A DNA stretch of 64,000 nt from Nemertoderma westbladi. Lineage: Eukaryota; Animalia; Xenacoelomorpha. Shown one piece after another: positions 51,473 through 63,300 of the stretch. Position numbers and translations under genes: made by a program. The stretch's first letter is position 1, and each line of letters starts with the position of its first letter. Under the pieces are notes generated by a model. The model worked only from the letters and a program-made list of their open reading frames with translations. It ran no database searches and had not been told where the DNA came from. The stretch covers positions 62,001 to 126,000 of the forward strand of contig JAUCBJ010009109.1 of the NCBI GenBank assembly GCA_032718475.1. The letters are read 5' to 3'.

Positions 51473-54044
51473 TATAGATGTTTGTTGATACCAATAGAAA
51501 GGTAGAAGAAATATTGGGTATAAAAGTTTAATCAATTATTATCTGATTGTAGCAATAATTAATCTATATTTGTACCGACATTTGCCGGGGCTCATATCCA
51601 TATACAATATATTAGACCAGACAGCTAAAATCTTCCATATGTAGTTTTTTCATCACTGATTTCATTTCCCATATCAGTTTTCAAGTTTGGCGGCATTTTT
51701 ACAGTTTGTATGTCTGTTCGTTTGTCAAAAAACAATATGACACCTTACAAAGCTAAAATCACGGTAATGACTGTTTTCTTTGACTCAGACTTCATTTACG
51801 GTATCAGTTAATTGATGTTTGGCAGCATTTGTACAGTTTGTATACGTCTGTCCGTTTGTCAGTCGATCTGTCTGTCAAAATACAATATGACACCCTATAA
51901 AGCTTAAATCTTGGGAATGTCTGTTTTCTTAAATTCCAACTTCATGTACGGTATCAGTTTTCAAGTTTGGCAGAATTTGTACAGTTTGTATACGTCTGTC
52001 CGTTTGTCAGTCGATCTGTCCGTCAAAATACAATATGACACCCTACAAAGCTAAAATCCTGGGAATGTCTGTTTTCTTGCACTCTGACTTCATTTACCGT
52101 ATCAGTTTTCATGTTTGGCAGCATTTGTACAGTTTGTATGTCTGTCCGTTTGTCAGTCGATCTGTCTGTCAAAATACAATATGATACCCTACAAATGCTA
52201 AAATCCTGAGAATGTCTGTTTTCTTGGACTCTGACTTCATTTACCTTATCAGTTTTCATGTTTGGCAGCAATTGAACAGTTTATTATGACTGTCCGTTTG
52301 TCAGTCAATCTGTCTGTCAAAATACAATATAACACCATACAAAGCTAAAATCCCGGGAATATCTGTTTTCTTGGACTCTGACTTCATTTACTGTTTCAGT
52401 TGTCATGTTTGGCAGCAATTTAACAGTTTGTATGTCTGTCCGTTTGTCAGTCGATGTGTCTGTCAAAATACAATATGACACCCTTCAAATTCTAAAATCC
52501 CGAGAATGTCTGTTTTCTTGGACTCTGACTTCATTTACCGTGTCAGTTTTCATGTTTGGCAGCATTGTACAGTTTGTATGTCTGTCCGTTTGTCAGTCAA
52601 TCTGTCTGTCAAAATACAATATGACACCATACAAAGCTAAAATCCCGGGAATGTCTGTTTTCTTGGACTCTGACTTCATTTACGGTATTAGTTTTCCTGT
52701 TTAGCTGCATTTGTTCAGTTTGTATACGTTTGTCCGTTTGTCAGTCGATCTGTCTGTCAAAATACAATACGAAACCCTACAAATGCTAAAATCCTGAGAA
52801 TTTATGTTTTCTTCGACTTTGACTTCATTTACCGTATCACATTTGCGGCATCAGTTTTCCTGTTTGGCAGCATTTGTAAAGTTTGTATGTCTGTCCGTTT
52901 GTCAGTCGATCTATTAGTCCGGTAGTTTCAGAGATGTATTCTAAAGCTTTGAACTTTGGGCCATGTGCCCTTTCTACTGCAACCGTCCCATTTGTCTATC
53001 TTTTGTCTCTCTGTACCAATATTTAGTGTGAAGTTTGTGCTATCTAGCCAGACAACCTGTGGTTAGTGAGAACTAAAAATACGGCGCCTGTCCTTTATCA
53101 AAATTAACTATAGATTATATAAAACATGCAGCCATAAAACCAATTCATTGCAGTTATTAATTAAACAGACTCTTTGATGAAATTAGTAACTAAAAATTAT
53201 TGTACTTTCATTTCTTTTATATTTTCAATTGATTAAATCATTTAAATAATTTAACTAACTAACTAATTTAACCATAATATATAATATTGTATTTATTAAT
53301 TGACCAAAATATGACATAAAAAAACATAATAATTATTATTATAATATGAAATGCAACCATAAGACAGCTCTATTACGTAAGGCTGCATGTTTTATTTAAA
53401 CTTTATCTCAGACGTGAGTTTACATGTAATGGCTGGTCTATCTAAATAGTTTGAGGCACTTGAATAAGGATGAAATATGATATGTAACCGTATAACAGTA
53501 TAATAAGACTTACAATAAACCCAATATTATTTATAATAATGCATGCAACTGTATTGAAAGTTCTAGTGCTTATGGCTGCACGTTTTATTTAAACTGTATT
53601 CCAGAAAAGAGTTGTAATTTAGTGTGGGCTGGTTTATCTAAACATATAATTCTCAGAAAAGTTCGAGTAATTCCGATTTTTTTAAAGTTTTCATTACTTG
53701 ATATTGGAATAATTAGAAATATTGATGTAATTCATATCCAATTTAATTTGTATCACTAATTAATTGCAGTTAATACATCAAAGTTACGGTAGACAATCAT
53801 AAAATTAGCATATAATGGTTGCTATGAAGCTATGCAGAAGAATGCAGACGTGTTTAAGAGATTATTTACTAAGTTAGTGATAGTTAGTTATAGAAGTATA
53901 AGTACGTTCGTCCTATAGGCCGCAAGCAGCAATAAGGTACTTTACTACGTTACGAGTAAAACACCAGAACTCTGAAAAGTTCGCATAATATTGTTGCAAA
54001 TGTACCAAATGTTGATATCGCACGTAAACCTTTTAGAGTTTATT

Positions 54045-54541
54045 TAGGGCAGCAGTAGAGACAGCCTTCTTAGATGGGAGTCCATGCTGGTCTCTCACTT
54101 ACTGCAGAGTATACAAAACCTCTGGATGGCACATTCACAATAATGCTACGCCGGGGTCATTGTGTCAAGAAGAACGAACACATCTCCATAACCAGACTCT
54201 GAACAACATCGGAAGTGTTTTATTAGTCCCCGCAAGCTTTTACTTGAACTGAGCTGCCACCGCCTTGTAGGACATTGTTTTCACCGTGTGGACCAGCCTG
54301 TGCATAATCTTGTGCTTTGGCGGCCTCATGGAACGACTATGTATGGTGGTAAGCCCATGACTTTTATGAGACGCATTTAAAAGGACACTGGACTTGAAGA
54401 TACGGATTATCTACCAAATGTCATGGGTGATAGGGAGTTGAGGTGGAGCAATTTTATTGACAAGCCGACACATCTTTCTTAATATATTTGATATAATTAA
54501 CGCAGCCGCAATGCAACATGCCGATAGTAGTAGTAGTAGTT
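54045..54541 (+). mobile_element. Degenerate RTE-like LINE 3' end (copy 2, from the 3.07-kb duplication)
   Basis: Near-identical to copy 1; (TAG)n tail at ~54526-54540. Confidence 0.65.
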
Positions 54542-56425
54542 ATAGATGTTTGTTGATACCAATAGAAAGGTAGAAGAAATATTGGGTATAAAAGTTTCAT
54601 CAATTATTATCTGCTTGTAGCAATTAATCTATATGTGTACCGACATTTGCTGGGGCTCATATCCATATACAATATATTAGACCAGACAGCTAAAATTTTC
54701 CATATGTAGATTTTCATCACTGATGTCATTTCCCATATCAGTTTTCATCAGTTTTGATGTTTGGCAGCATTTGTAAAGTTTGTATGTCTGTCCGTTTGTC
54801 AGTCGATCTGTCTGTCAAAATACAATATGACACCATACAAAGCTAAAATCCCGGGAATGTCTGTTTTCTTGGACTCTGGCTTCATTTACTGCATCAGTTT
54901 TCATGTTTGGCAGCAATTGAACAGTTTGTATGTCTGTCCGTTTGTCAGTCAATGTGTCTGTCAAAATACAATATGACACCACACAAAGCTAAAATCCCGG
55001 GAATGTCTGTTTTCTTGGACTCTGACTTCATTTACTGTATCAGTTTTCATGTTTGGCAGCAATTGAACAGTTTGTATGTCTGTCCGTTTGTCAGTCAATG
55101 TGTCTGTCAAAATACAATATGACACCATACAAAGCTAAAATCCCGGGAATGTCTGTTTTCTTGGACTCTGACTTCATTTACTGTATCAGTTTTCATGTTT
55201 GGCAGCAATTGAACAGTTTGTATGTCTGTCCGTTTGTCAGTCGATGTGTCTGTCAAAATACAATATGACACCATACAAAGCTAAAATCCCGGGAATGTCT
55301 GTTTTCTTGGACTCTGACTTCATTTACTGTATCAGTTTTCATGTTTGGCAGCAATTGAACAGTTTATTATGTCTGTCCGTTTGTCAGTCAATCTGTCTGT
55401 CAAAATACAATATCACACCATACAAAGCTAAAATATCGGGAATGTCTGTTTTCTTGGACTCTGAATTCATTTACTGTATCAGTTGTCATGTTTGGCAGTA
55501 TTGTACAGTTTGTATGTCTGTCCGTTTGTCAGTCAATCTGTCTGTCAAAATACAATATGACACCATACAAGCTAACATCCCGGGAATGTCTGTTTTCTTG
55601 GACTCTGACTTCATTTAGTGTATCAGATTTCATGTTTGGCAGCAATTGAACAGTTTGTTTGTCTGTCCGTTTATCAGTCGATCTGTCTATCAAAATACAA
55701 TATGACACCCTGCAAATTCTAAAATCCTGTGAATGTCTGTTTTCTTGGACTCTGACTTCATTTACGGTATCAGTTTCCATGTTTGGCAGCAATTTTACAG
55801 TTTGTAAGTCTGTCCGTTTGTCTGTCAATCTGTCTGTCAAAATACAATATGACACCATACAAAGCTAACATCCCGGGAATGTCTGTTTTCTTGGACTCTG
55901 ACTTCATTTAGTGTATCAGATTTCATGTTTGGCAGCAATTGAACAGTTTGTTTGTCTGTCCGTTTATCAGTCGATCTGTCTGTCAAAATACAATATGACA
56001 CCCTGCAAATTCTAAAATCCTGTGAATGTCAGTTTTCTTGGACTCTGACTTCATTTACGGTATCAGTTTCAATGTTTGGCAGCAATTTTACAGTTTGTAA
56101 TTCTGTCCGTTTGTTTGTCAATCTGTCTGTCAAAATACAATATGACACCCTATAAAGCTTAAATCTTGGGAATGTCTGTTTTTGGACTCTGAATTCATTT
56201 GCGGTATCAGTTTCAATGTTTGGCAACAATTTTACAGTTTGTACGTCTGTCCGTTTATCTGTCAATATGTCAGTCAAAATATATTTTAACACACCGCAAA
56301 ACAAAAAAATTCGATACGTGCTTTTTATTGTTCTCTGATTTCATTCCAATATCAATTCTCATGTTTTATGTCACTTTGACTGTTTGACTGTCAAAATATC
56401 ATATATCACCCTACAAAAAGCAAGT

Positions 56426-56895
56426 TTTCTGGGACCGAATTGTCCGGTACCGAATTGTTCGGGACGAATTGTCCTAGGACCGAATTTTCTGGGACCGAAT
56501 TGTCTGGGACCGAATTGTCCGGTACCGAATTGTCCGGGAACGAATTCTCCTAGGACCGAATTTTCTGGGACCGAATTGTCTGGGACCGAATTGTCCGGTA
56601 CCGAATAGTCCGTATCTTGATAGAAATATAATTCGGACCAAAAACAATTTAATATGAAAATTGAATTACAAATATTTATATACTTATTTAGCATGATATT
56701 AATATGTATAATAAATTCAAGAATAAAAACGAATTAAATCAATAGCTTAATTTAATTTAATTTGGTCCTGGAAAATTCGGTCCCATTAAATATGTATGTT
56801 ATGGGACCGATTTTTCTAAGTCAGTATCCGGTCAATTAGGTCCCAAAACACTAAATTAAAGGGACCGAATTGACCGGGATTGAATTGTCCTGATT
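56426..56895. repeat. 15-16-bp GGGACCGAATTGTCC repeat cluster (MITE-like insert)
   Basis: About 12 tandem units at 56426-56608, with further direct and inverted copies to ~56895. Confidence 0.75.
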
Positions 56896-59637
56896 CCATT
56901 TTCTTGGTGTCTGTCTTATTTTCGATATCATTTTTCATGTTTGGTGGCATCTCAACTGTCTGTCTGTCTTTACGTTTGTCTGTCAATCCGTATGTTAAAA
57001 GATATTATATCGTACCACATAGTTAAAATCTTATGAGGTTTACCTGGTCTCGGATTTCATTTCCGATGTTAGCATTATTGATTGGCTGCAATGAAACTGT
57101 TTGTATGTTATGTCAGTATTGATGTTCAGACAGACAAAAAATTTCGTCCAGGAAATCCCAAATAATGGCGAATATTTTAGAATAACGTCGTCGTTGTTCT
57201 ATTTTAGATTGTTGGTATGCCGTCTAACATTTTGATGGACAAACCAACATGATGGACATGAAAAGACAGCTAGCTAGCTAGCTACAGTATTATAACTCGA
57301 GAAATAAAATATATGTGGTGAGGCCATTTTCACCTACCTATGACATTGTCATTAATTTAACATTAACATTTATTTGTCTAAAAAGGTTAAGCCTCTTAAG
57401 CAAAAAAAATTTGGCATAGAAACCCATAATTTCAATTCTCTTTCAATTTGTTTGAAATATGATTGTAGAAATATTTTGTCAAATTTTTCATGAAAATCTT
57501 AAGAGACACGAACAAAGATAAAATAAATCATACAGCCAGCTATAAAGTCCATCTATTACCTGATTGCTTATGGCTGCATGTTTTATTTTATCATTTAATT
57601 TGCAGCCATAAGCGTGGGCGCAAATGGCCTTATGGCTGCAGGGTAAATTATTTCCATGCAGCCATAAGTCATTTAAAAAAAATAAAAGTTTCAGCTAAAT
57701 ATATAATATAACATAATTTATATAGCCAATTGTGCCAGATATATGGTTCCTCCAATTCCCTATCGGGAAATATGAAGCCATAAGGCCGGTCATCTCTTAT
57801 GGCTGCATGTGACCATAAGGCCATTTTTGTGACCATAAGGCCATTGTCTTATATATGATGCAGCCATAAGACTTTACCCAATCGGGTAAAACCGGCATTA
57901 TGGCTGCATGTGAGATACATATATATATGCAATATATGCCAATTTGAGCTAAAATCGGCCGATTTGAGTCAAAATGAGCCAAATTAAAATTTTCAACTTT
58001 TTGACAAAAATGTCAAAAATTATTCGAAAAGTGTTTTAGAAAAACGGCCATATCTCACGAACCAAACAAGATCTCGCTTAGCCGTTTTCATTTTCGAATT
58101 CTACGGAAAATTCTGCATCGAATGAAGCAATAAAACAAAAATTACATTCCTACGCTAAGGTCCGTTTCTAGGGTGGCCGCTACATATATAATATAATATA
58201 CAATATATCGACCGAAAAGTTAAAACTGTCGGTTGTTGGCTGTCGGTTGTCGGCTTCGGTTGTTGGCTGTCGGCTTCGGTTGTCGGTCATCGGCTGTCGG
58301 TTGTCGGCTGTCGGCGTAACGTTTACACCCTCAAAATATTGCAAAATGACGAATTAGGCCTACCGCCAGTACCCCAAAAAAATTTAAAATATTTCCTTCA
58401 CTTTCGTTTATTGTTTTGGTTAGAATAAGCTGCCACTGTAACCTGCTCCTTTCCATCACCGTTAATAAACATTGTTGGCTTATTTTGGGGTAATCTTTTA
58501 GCACTTTTGGGGTATTTTGGGGAAATTTTACTATTGTTTTGGTTCGGTTCCTTTTATCTACAGCTGTCTGATAGTTTGAGCTGTTGAGTGCTGGAGTGTC
58601 TGACTGTATGTAGTATGCATTGCATATCTATCTAACCATCTTATGCTGTCATGCCTTTAACGGTACTTCTATCAGTATATAGTCTGTAGTCCAGGCCTGA
58701 GGGGCCTGTGTAGGCCTACATTTTTAAAACTGCCATTCCTGAAGTCTGCTGCTATGACTCTATGACTTAGGCTAGGGTACATTGGCATACTTCAGTAGGC
58801 CTTCTTAGGCAGCATGGCAGTTTTAGGTGTTGAGCCTGAGCGTGGATGACTACCGGTACCCGAACCCGACCCATCCTGCCATCTGCCCAGTGCAGCAGTG
58901 CCCATCAGCCTGATGCATAATATTACCTATATACCGACAGTGACAGACCGATACGACCTCAGGCAGTCAGGTGCTGACGACATACTGCCATAGAAGCCTG
59001 TAGCCCTGCAGTCATTCCATTCCATGCCAGCATGCAGCCATGTCATTCAGCCTTCGCTTCAGTGATAGCGTCTGGTAGGTCTCTATATATCTCTTTAAAG
59101 CATTCGTGCCGAAACGAAAACTGCTCTGGCTATCTGGACTGCCCGACTCCTGGAAACCAGGATGTGATCTAATCCACGACCGCACGACCTCCAGACTGCC
59201 AGACCTCGACTTCCAGGGACAGGGGGATGTGGATTCAAGGCAGCAAGGCAACTGGCTGACTGGTTTAACCACTATGTCTATACCATACACGGACTGTGCG
59301 ACTGACCAAGGTGGGACTTTGACTGACTGACCGATGCCGTATTGTACCGGTACATGCGGTATTAAATCCACTCCCCTCTGGCAGTCTGGCTGTCTGGTGT
59401 AGTCGGTATTGCTGTATATTGATAACATTGACAGACTGATAGCTGAGGTCCGGTACCGGTACCGGCGGTACGTGGGTACCGGTCCCGGTACCCTTTCCCA
59501 TGAAAAAGCATTCCCTTTCCCCTAACCCTTGTAATTCTAAAGGAAGCCCATTACCGGTCCTATTCTATTCACCTATATTTTTATAATTTATTAGTTTCTG
59601 CCTATTGGTGTTATGGGTGAATGAGTGGTTTCATATT

Positions 59638-59777
59638 TACAACTTTTGTTGGGCACAGCTTTGCAAAGTCGGCAATGACGTCCACGTCCAGGTGGGATCA
59701 AACTGGTGACCTCCGGGTTGTAAGTCTGACGCTCTAACCAAAGCTGTGCGTGTGCTCTGTGCCCAACAAAAGTTATA
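59638..59777 (-). other. Degenerate tRNA-like/SINE head enclosed by ~20-bp inverted repeats
   Basis: AACTTTTGTTGGGCACAG ... CTGTGCCCAACAAAAGTT flanks; minus strand TGGTTAGAGCGTCAGACTTACAACCCGGAGGTCACCAGTTTGATCCC. Confidence 0.45.
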
Positions 59778-60030
59778 ATATTCACCTAATGATATGGTAG
59801 TCTGGCTCTGAATACTTCTCAACTAAAGGTACCTGAAGCAATGATTTATTAGTAGGCCCTAAACTACTGAACTATCTTGCCATATTCTTCCTGTAATACA
59901 TCCTACAGTCCTATCCCTGTATCCTGCCTTCTGCCAAACAGGCACTGTATTTTATAATGTTATAGTTTACCTACTGCTGTAGTGTATAATCAATGTTTAG
60001 GCCTAGTTATTATATATTTTTTTAATGGTC

Positions 60031-60183
60031 ATTTATATACTGGCTATTTTTGTTGATATATTGTAACATATTAAATGGATGAGAGAGAACATACGGAAAC
60101 TGATAATTTATATACTGGCTATTTTTGTTGATATATTGTAACATATTAAATGGGTGAGAGAGAACATACGGAAACTGATAATT
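60031..60183. repeat. 75-bp direct duplication
   Basis: ATTTATATACTGGCTATTTTTGTTG...GGAAACTGATA at 60031 and 60106. Confidence 0.85.
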
Positions 60184-60305
60184 ATACAGCACGCAGTAGT
60201 ACAACGAACTCTAGACGCAAACAAAACGGGCCTGTTAAAATAATTCAAACTGCCGGTAATGGATTTATTGCTAGCAATGCAAAGTTAAATTATCCTTCCA
60301 ATATT

Positions 60306-63300
60306 ATGTCTAATGAAGACTCCAAGACTGACAATTACAACACACAGCGCTTTGACTTAGATGCTACACTTAACGTTTTAGCAGGAGGATTACCAGGTAA
60401 TGAGAGTGATAATCCCATGATAAGAGATTCAATTGTAGCAACAACTGGTGATGATAGCATCATTGTTTCTTCCAACAAATCATCATATGTACCACTATTG
60501 CAAAACTGCTCTCCTAGAAGGGGTTTACAAAGTGCTTTGTTTCCAATGAGAAAAAAAATAAGCAATGGCATTGCAACAAAACCAATTTCCAAATTGTCAG
60601 CACCTAATGTTTCCAGTTTAAGATTTAATTTAGAATCGACCCTTACATGTCTAGAAAATGACGATGCTACCAATCATTCTCACGCGGATTCTTGTTCACT
60701 AACTTCAAAAAAGGGATCATGTGACACATTCAATGTAGAAGACACACTAGATGCATTTGGAGGCATAGTTACAAATGAAACCACAGCGATAGCTACTCCC
60801 AACATTGAAGCCCTACAAGGTGACAAACAAAAGGTGCATATTCATTCAGCTGTAAATGCAAATTCGGAATTTGATTTGGACAGCACATTACAAAGATTGG
60901 GGGATGCTATTGACCCCATAATATATGATGAAGCAAGTAATAACTGTAAAAGTATAACTAGTAACTTAGATATCACTAATGAAAGTGAAGCTGGTTTTGA
61001 ATTTCAGGTTGAGACAGTCGAACATCCAGATCCAGAAAAGAACTCCGATGCAGCACATTCTATCTCAAATGATACCACATTCCATTTGGACAGCACTCTT
61101 ACAGAATTAGAGCAGCATATTCATTGTCAGCCAAAATACAAACCAAGAGTTAGACAACAGCGTGGCTTAAAACAATTCTATAAAAAGAATCAACTCAAAA
61201 TAAACGAATTCCCTGATTATTTCATGTCACAATCCACACAAACACCTCAACTTCCACCATTACCTATTTTGTATAAAAGACCCACCCCAACGAAAAATCC
61301 CATATTGCAGCATGAAAAAGCACCACCACCATATGTTATAGACGAGACAGGAACAAACCATACTGCTTCTCTGAGTTATAATTCTGAACCTTTCGAAGAA
61401 CGTGGTGAGTTGACTATAGATGTTAGTAGTATGAAGAGAAAGCGAATATCAACTGAAGAATTTGTAGATGATAGTGAATTAAATAATAAGCTAACAATGA
61501 ATGCTAAACGGTTTAAATTGTCTGATGAAAATGTTGAGGAATTAATAAAGCAGGTATGTAGGAATGAAATAGTCTGGGATATGGTGAGAGGTTCTGCAAA
61601 TGAAGTTGAACTACCACCAGCAAAATACGAACCTAAAATGACGCGCTCGCGACTAAAGCTAGTTGCTGAACAACAAAATCTCCCAGCTGATGTTTGGCAT
61701 GTCCCATTAAATGAAAAGAGTTCCAGTGACTGCATATTTACTGAGTTACCACTTTCTGATGATGATGATTCTGATCAGGATTTCAGACCCGATGAATATG
61801 TTGATGATGAAGATGATAATGGTGAAATATCTCAATCAACTTCATTTATATCTACAGTTGTGATGGAAGATTCTTGTGCAAATGAAGATTCAAGCACCAT
61901 ACAATATGATGTTGATAATGACAAAACAAAATTAGCAATAAGAACACGGTCACAAAAACATATAACTGATGAAGAATTTATTAATTTATTGATGAATTCT
62001 GATATTTTAGATGATGAAGTAGTAGAAACACAAGATACTGAAAGTGATGAAACACAAGATGAAGCAAAAGAGATACCCCATTGTGAATTGTTCACAGAAC
62101 GAGAAACGGACCAATGGCATCATAGTTCAAGTCCTAAAGAGCAGAGTGATTATTTGGAATTTTTAACTTCAGTTATTGATCCATCATTTTGGAATGAGAG
62201 TGATGAGTCAGATGAAGAGTATAATGTTATGGATGATACTGGTGAAGATTTAAATGATGAAAGTGATCCAGAGGAATTTCGAGATGACAGAGCAGTAAAG
62301 ATTTCAAAAGGTGAACTTAATGATCTTATTGAAGACATGATAAATGACATTAAGGGGAATTCACTAACATGTTACAATAATATGCAAGATGAAGATGATG
62401 ATACCACGACCACACCACTTCTAAATGATAATAATCCAAGCAGAAAGGTAGACACTGTTAAACGCCAACTCCTTCTCCTCAGGGCTGTGGCTCCAGAAAC
62501 ACAGATAGCAGAATTACATACATCCAACACCAACAATCTATTAACTCCAGAGGTGATTACATTGACACCCCAACAAGAATATTATAACAGAGAATGTCTA
62601 AAACAACAGTTGCAAATGCATGTCCAATTGCTATGTCAAACATACCTTGTGTGCATTAATGGAGTTTACAAACAAGCTGCAAAAGACTGTAAGACTATGC
62701 TTTTATATCTAGATTGTTGGAGTTATCTGAAGAATCCATTTTATAATGTAATTCCCCAAACAGGTTTAATGATAAAATCCATATGGGATATACCTTCCTT
62801 GGATGAAGCTGTTGAAATAATAAACAGTTACCAGGAAATATCCAACAATGACTCATTTGATGGTGATGATCTAACTGAACAATGCGATTCTGGTGCCAGG
62901 TTTATGCCATTGAAATTAGAAGAGAGTACCAACATGGAAAAGACTGAGAACCCTTTTAGAGATATCCAGGGCAGTAACAACTACTGGGGTTCCCATATGT
63001 TTCGCCAACTCAGCCTACCAAATAAAATGGAGCAAAGAAAACGATACCGATTTCTACAGCCTTTGCCTGTGGATGTTATACATATTATTTGCCACAGTAG
63101 AGTGTTTATGTACCCGGAACTTTTGCCTCTGGGAGGTCCACGAGGTGAGGGGGGTGATGCTCGCGTCATATTTACTGATGCTGAGGACCACCTCATAGCA
63201 TTTCATTTATTTCATTTAAAGTCATCATCTAAACAAGATCGAAACCGCTGCATATACAATATGGTATCAAAGCGTATGCCATCACGGAGTCCACAGCAGC

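Larger units (their letters stand above)
49480..56420. repeat. 146-bp satellite blocks (49480-49850, 51650-52910, 54740-56420) within a ~3.07-kb tandem duplication
   Basis: Unit ...GTTTGGCAGCAATTGAACAGTTTGTATGTCTGTCCGTTTGTCAGTC...CAAAATACAATATGACACC...; period 146 (54907/55053/55199). The anchor TATTAGTCCGGTAG occurs at 49845 and 52912. Confidence 0.9.
41159..58330. mobile_element. 17.2-kb composite Mutator-like (MULE) DNA transposon, non-autonomous
   Basis: 32-bp perfect TIR GGGTGTAAACGTTACGCCGACAGCCGACAACC at 41159 and its reverse complement ending 58330; 9-bp TSD TCAAAATAT at 41150-41158 and 58331-58339; TGTCGG subterminal repeats at 58227-58315. Confidence 0.88.

Noticed and set aside
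59012-59501. Short ORFs upstream of GON4L
   Set aside because: No recognisable domain; probably promoter, UTR or repeat sequence.
60335-63196. Minus-strand ORFs
   Set aside because: Antisense shadows of the GON4L CDS.
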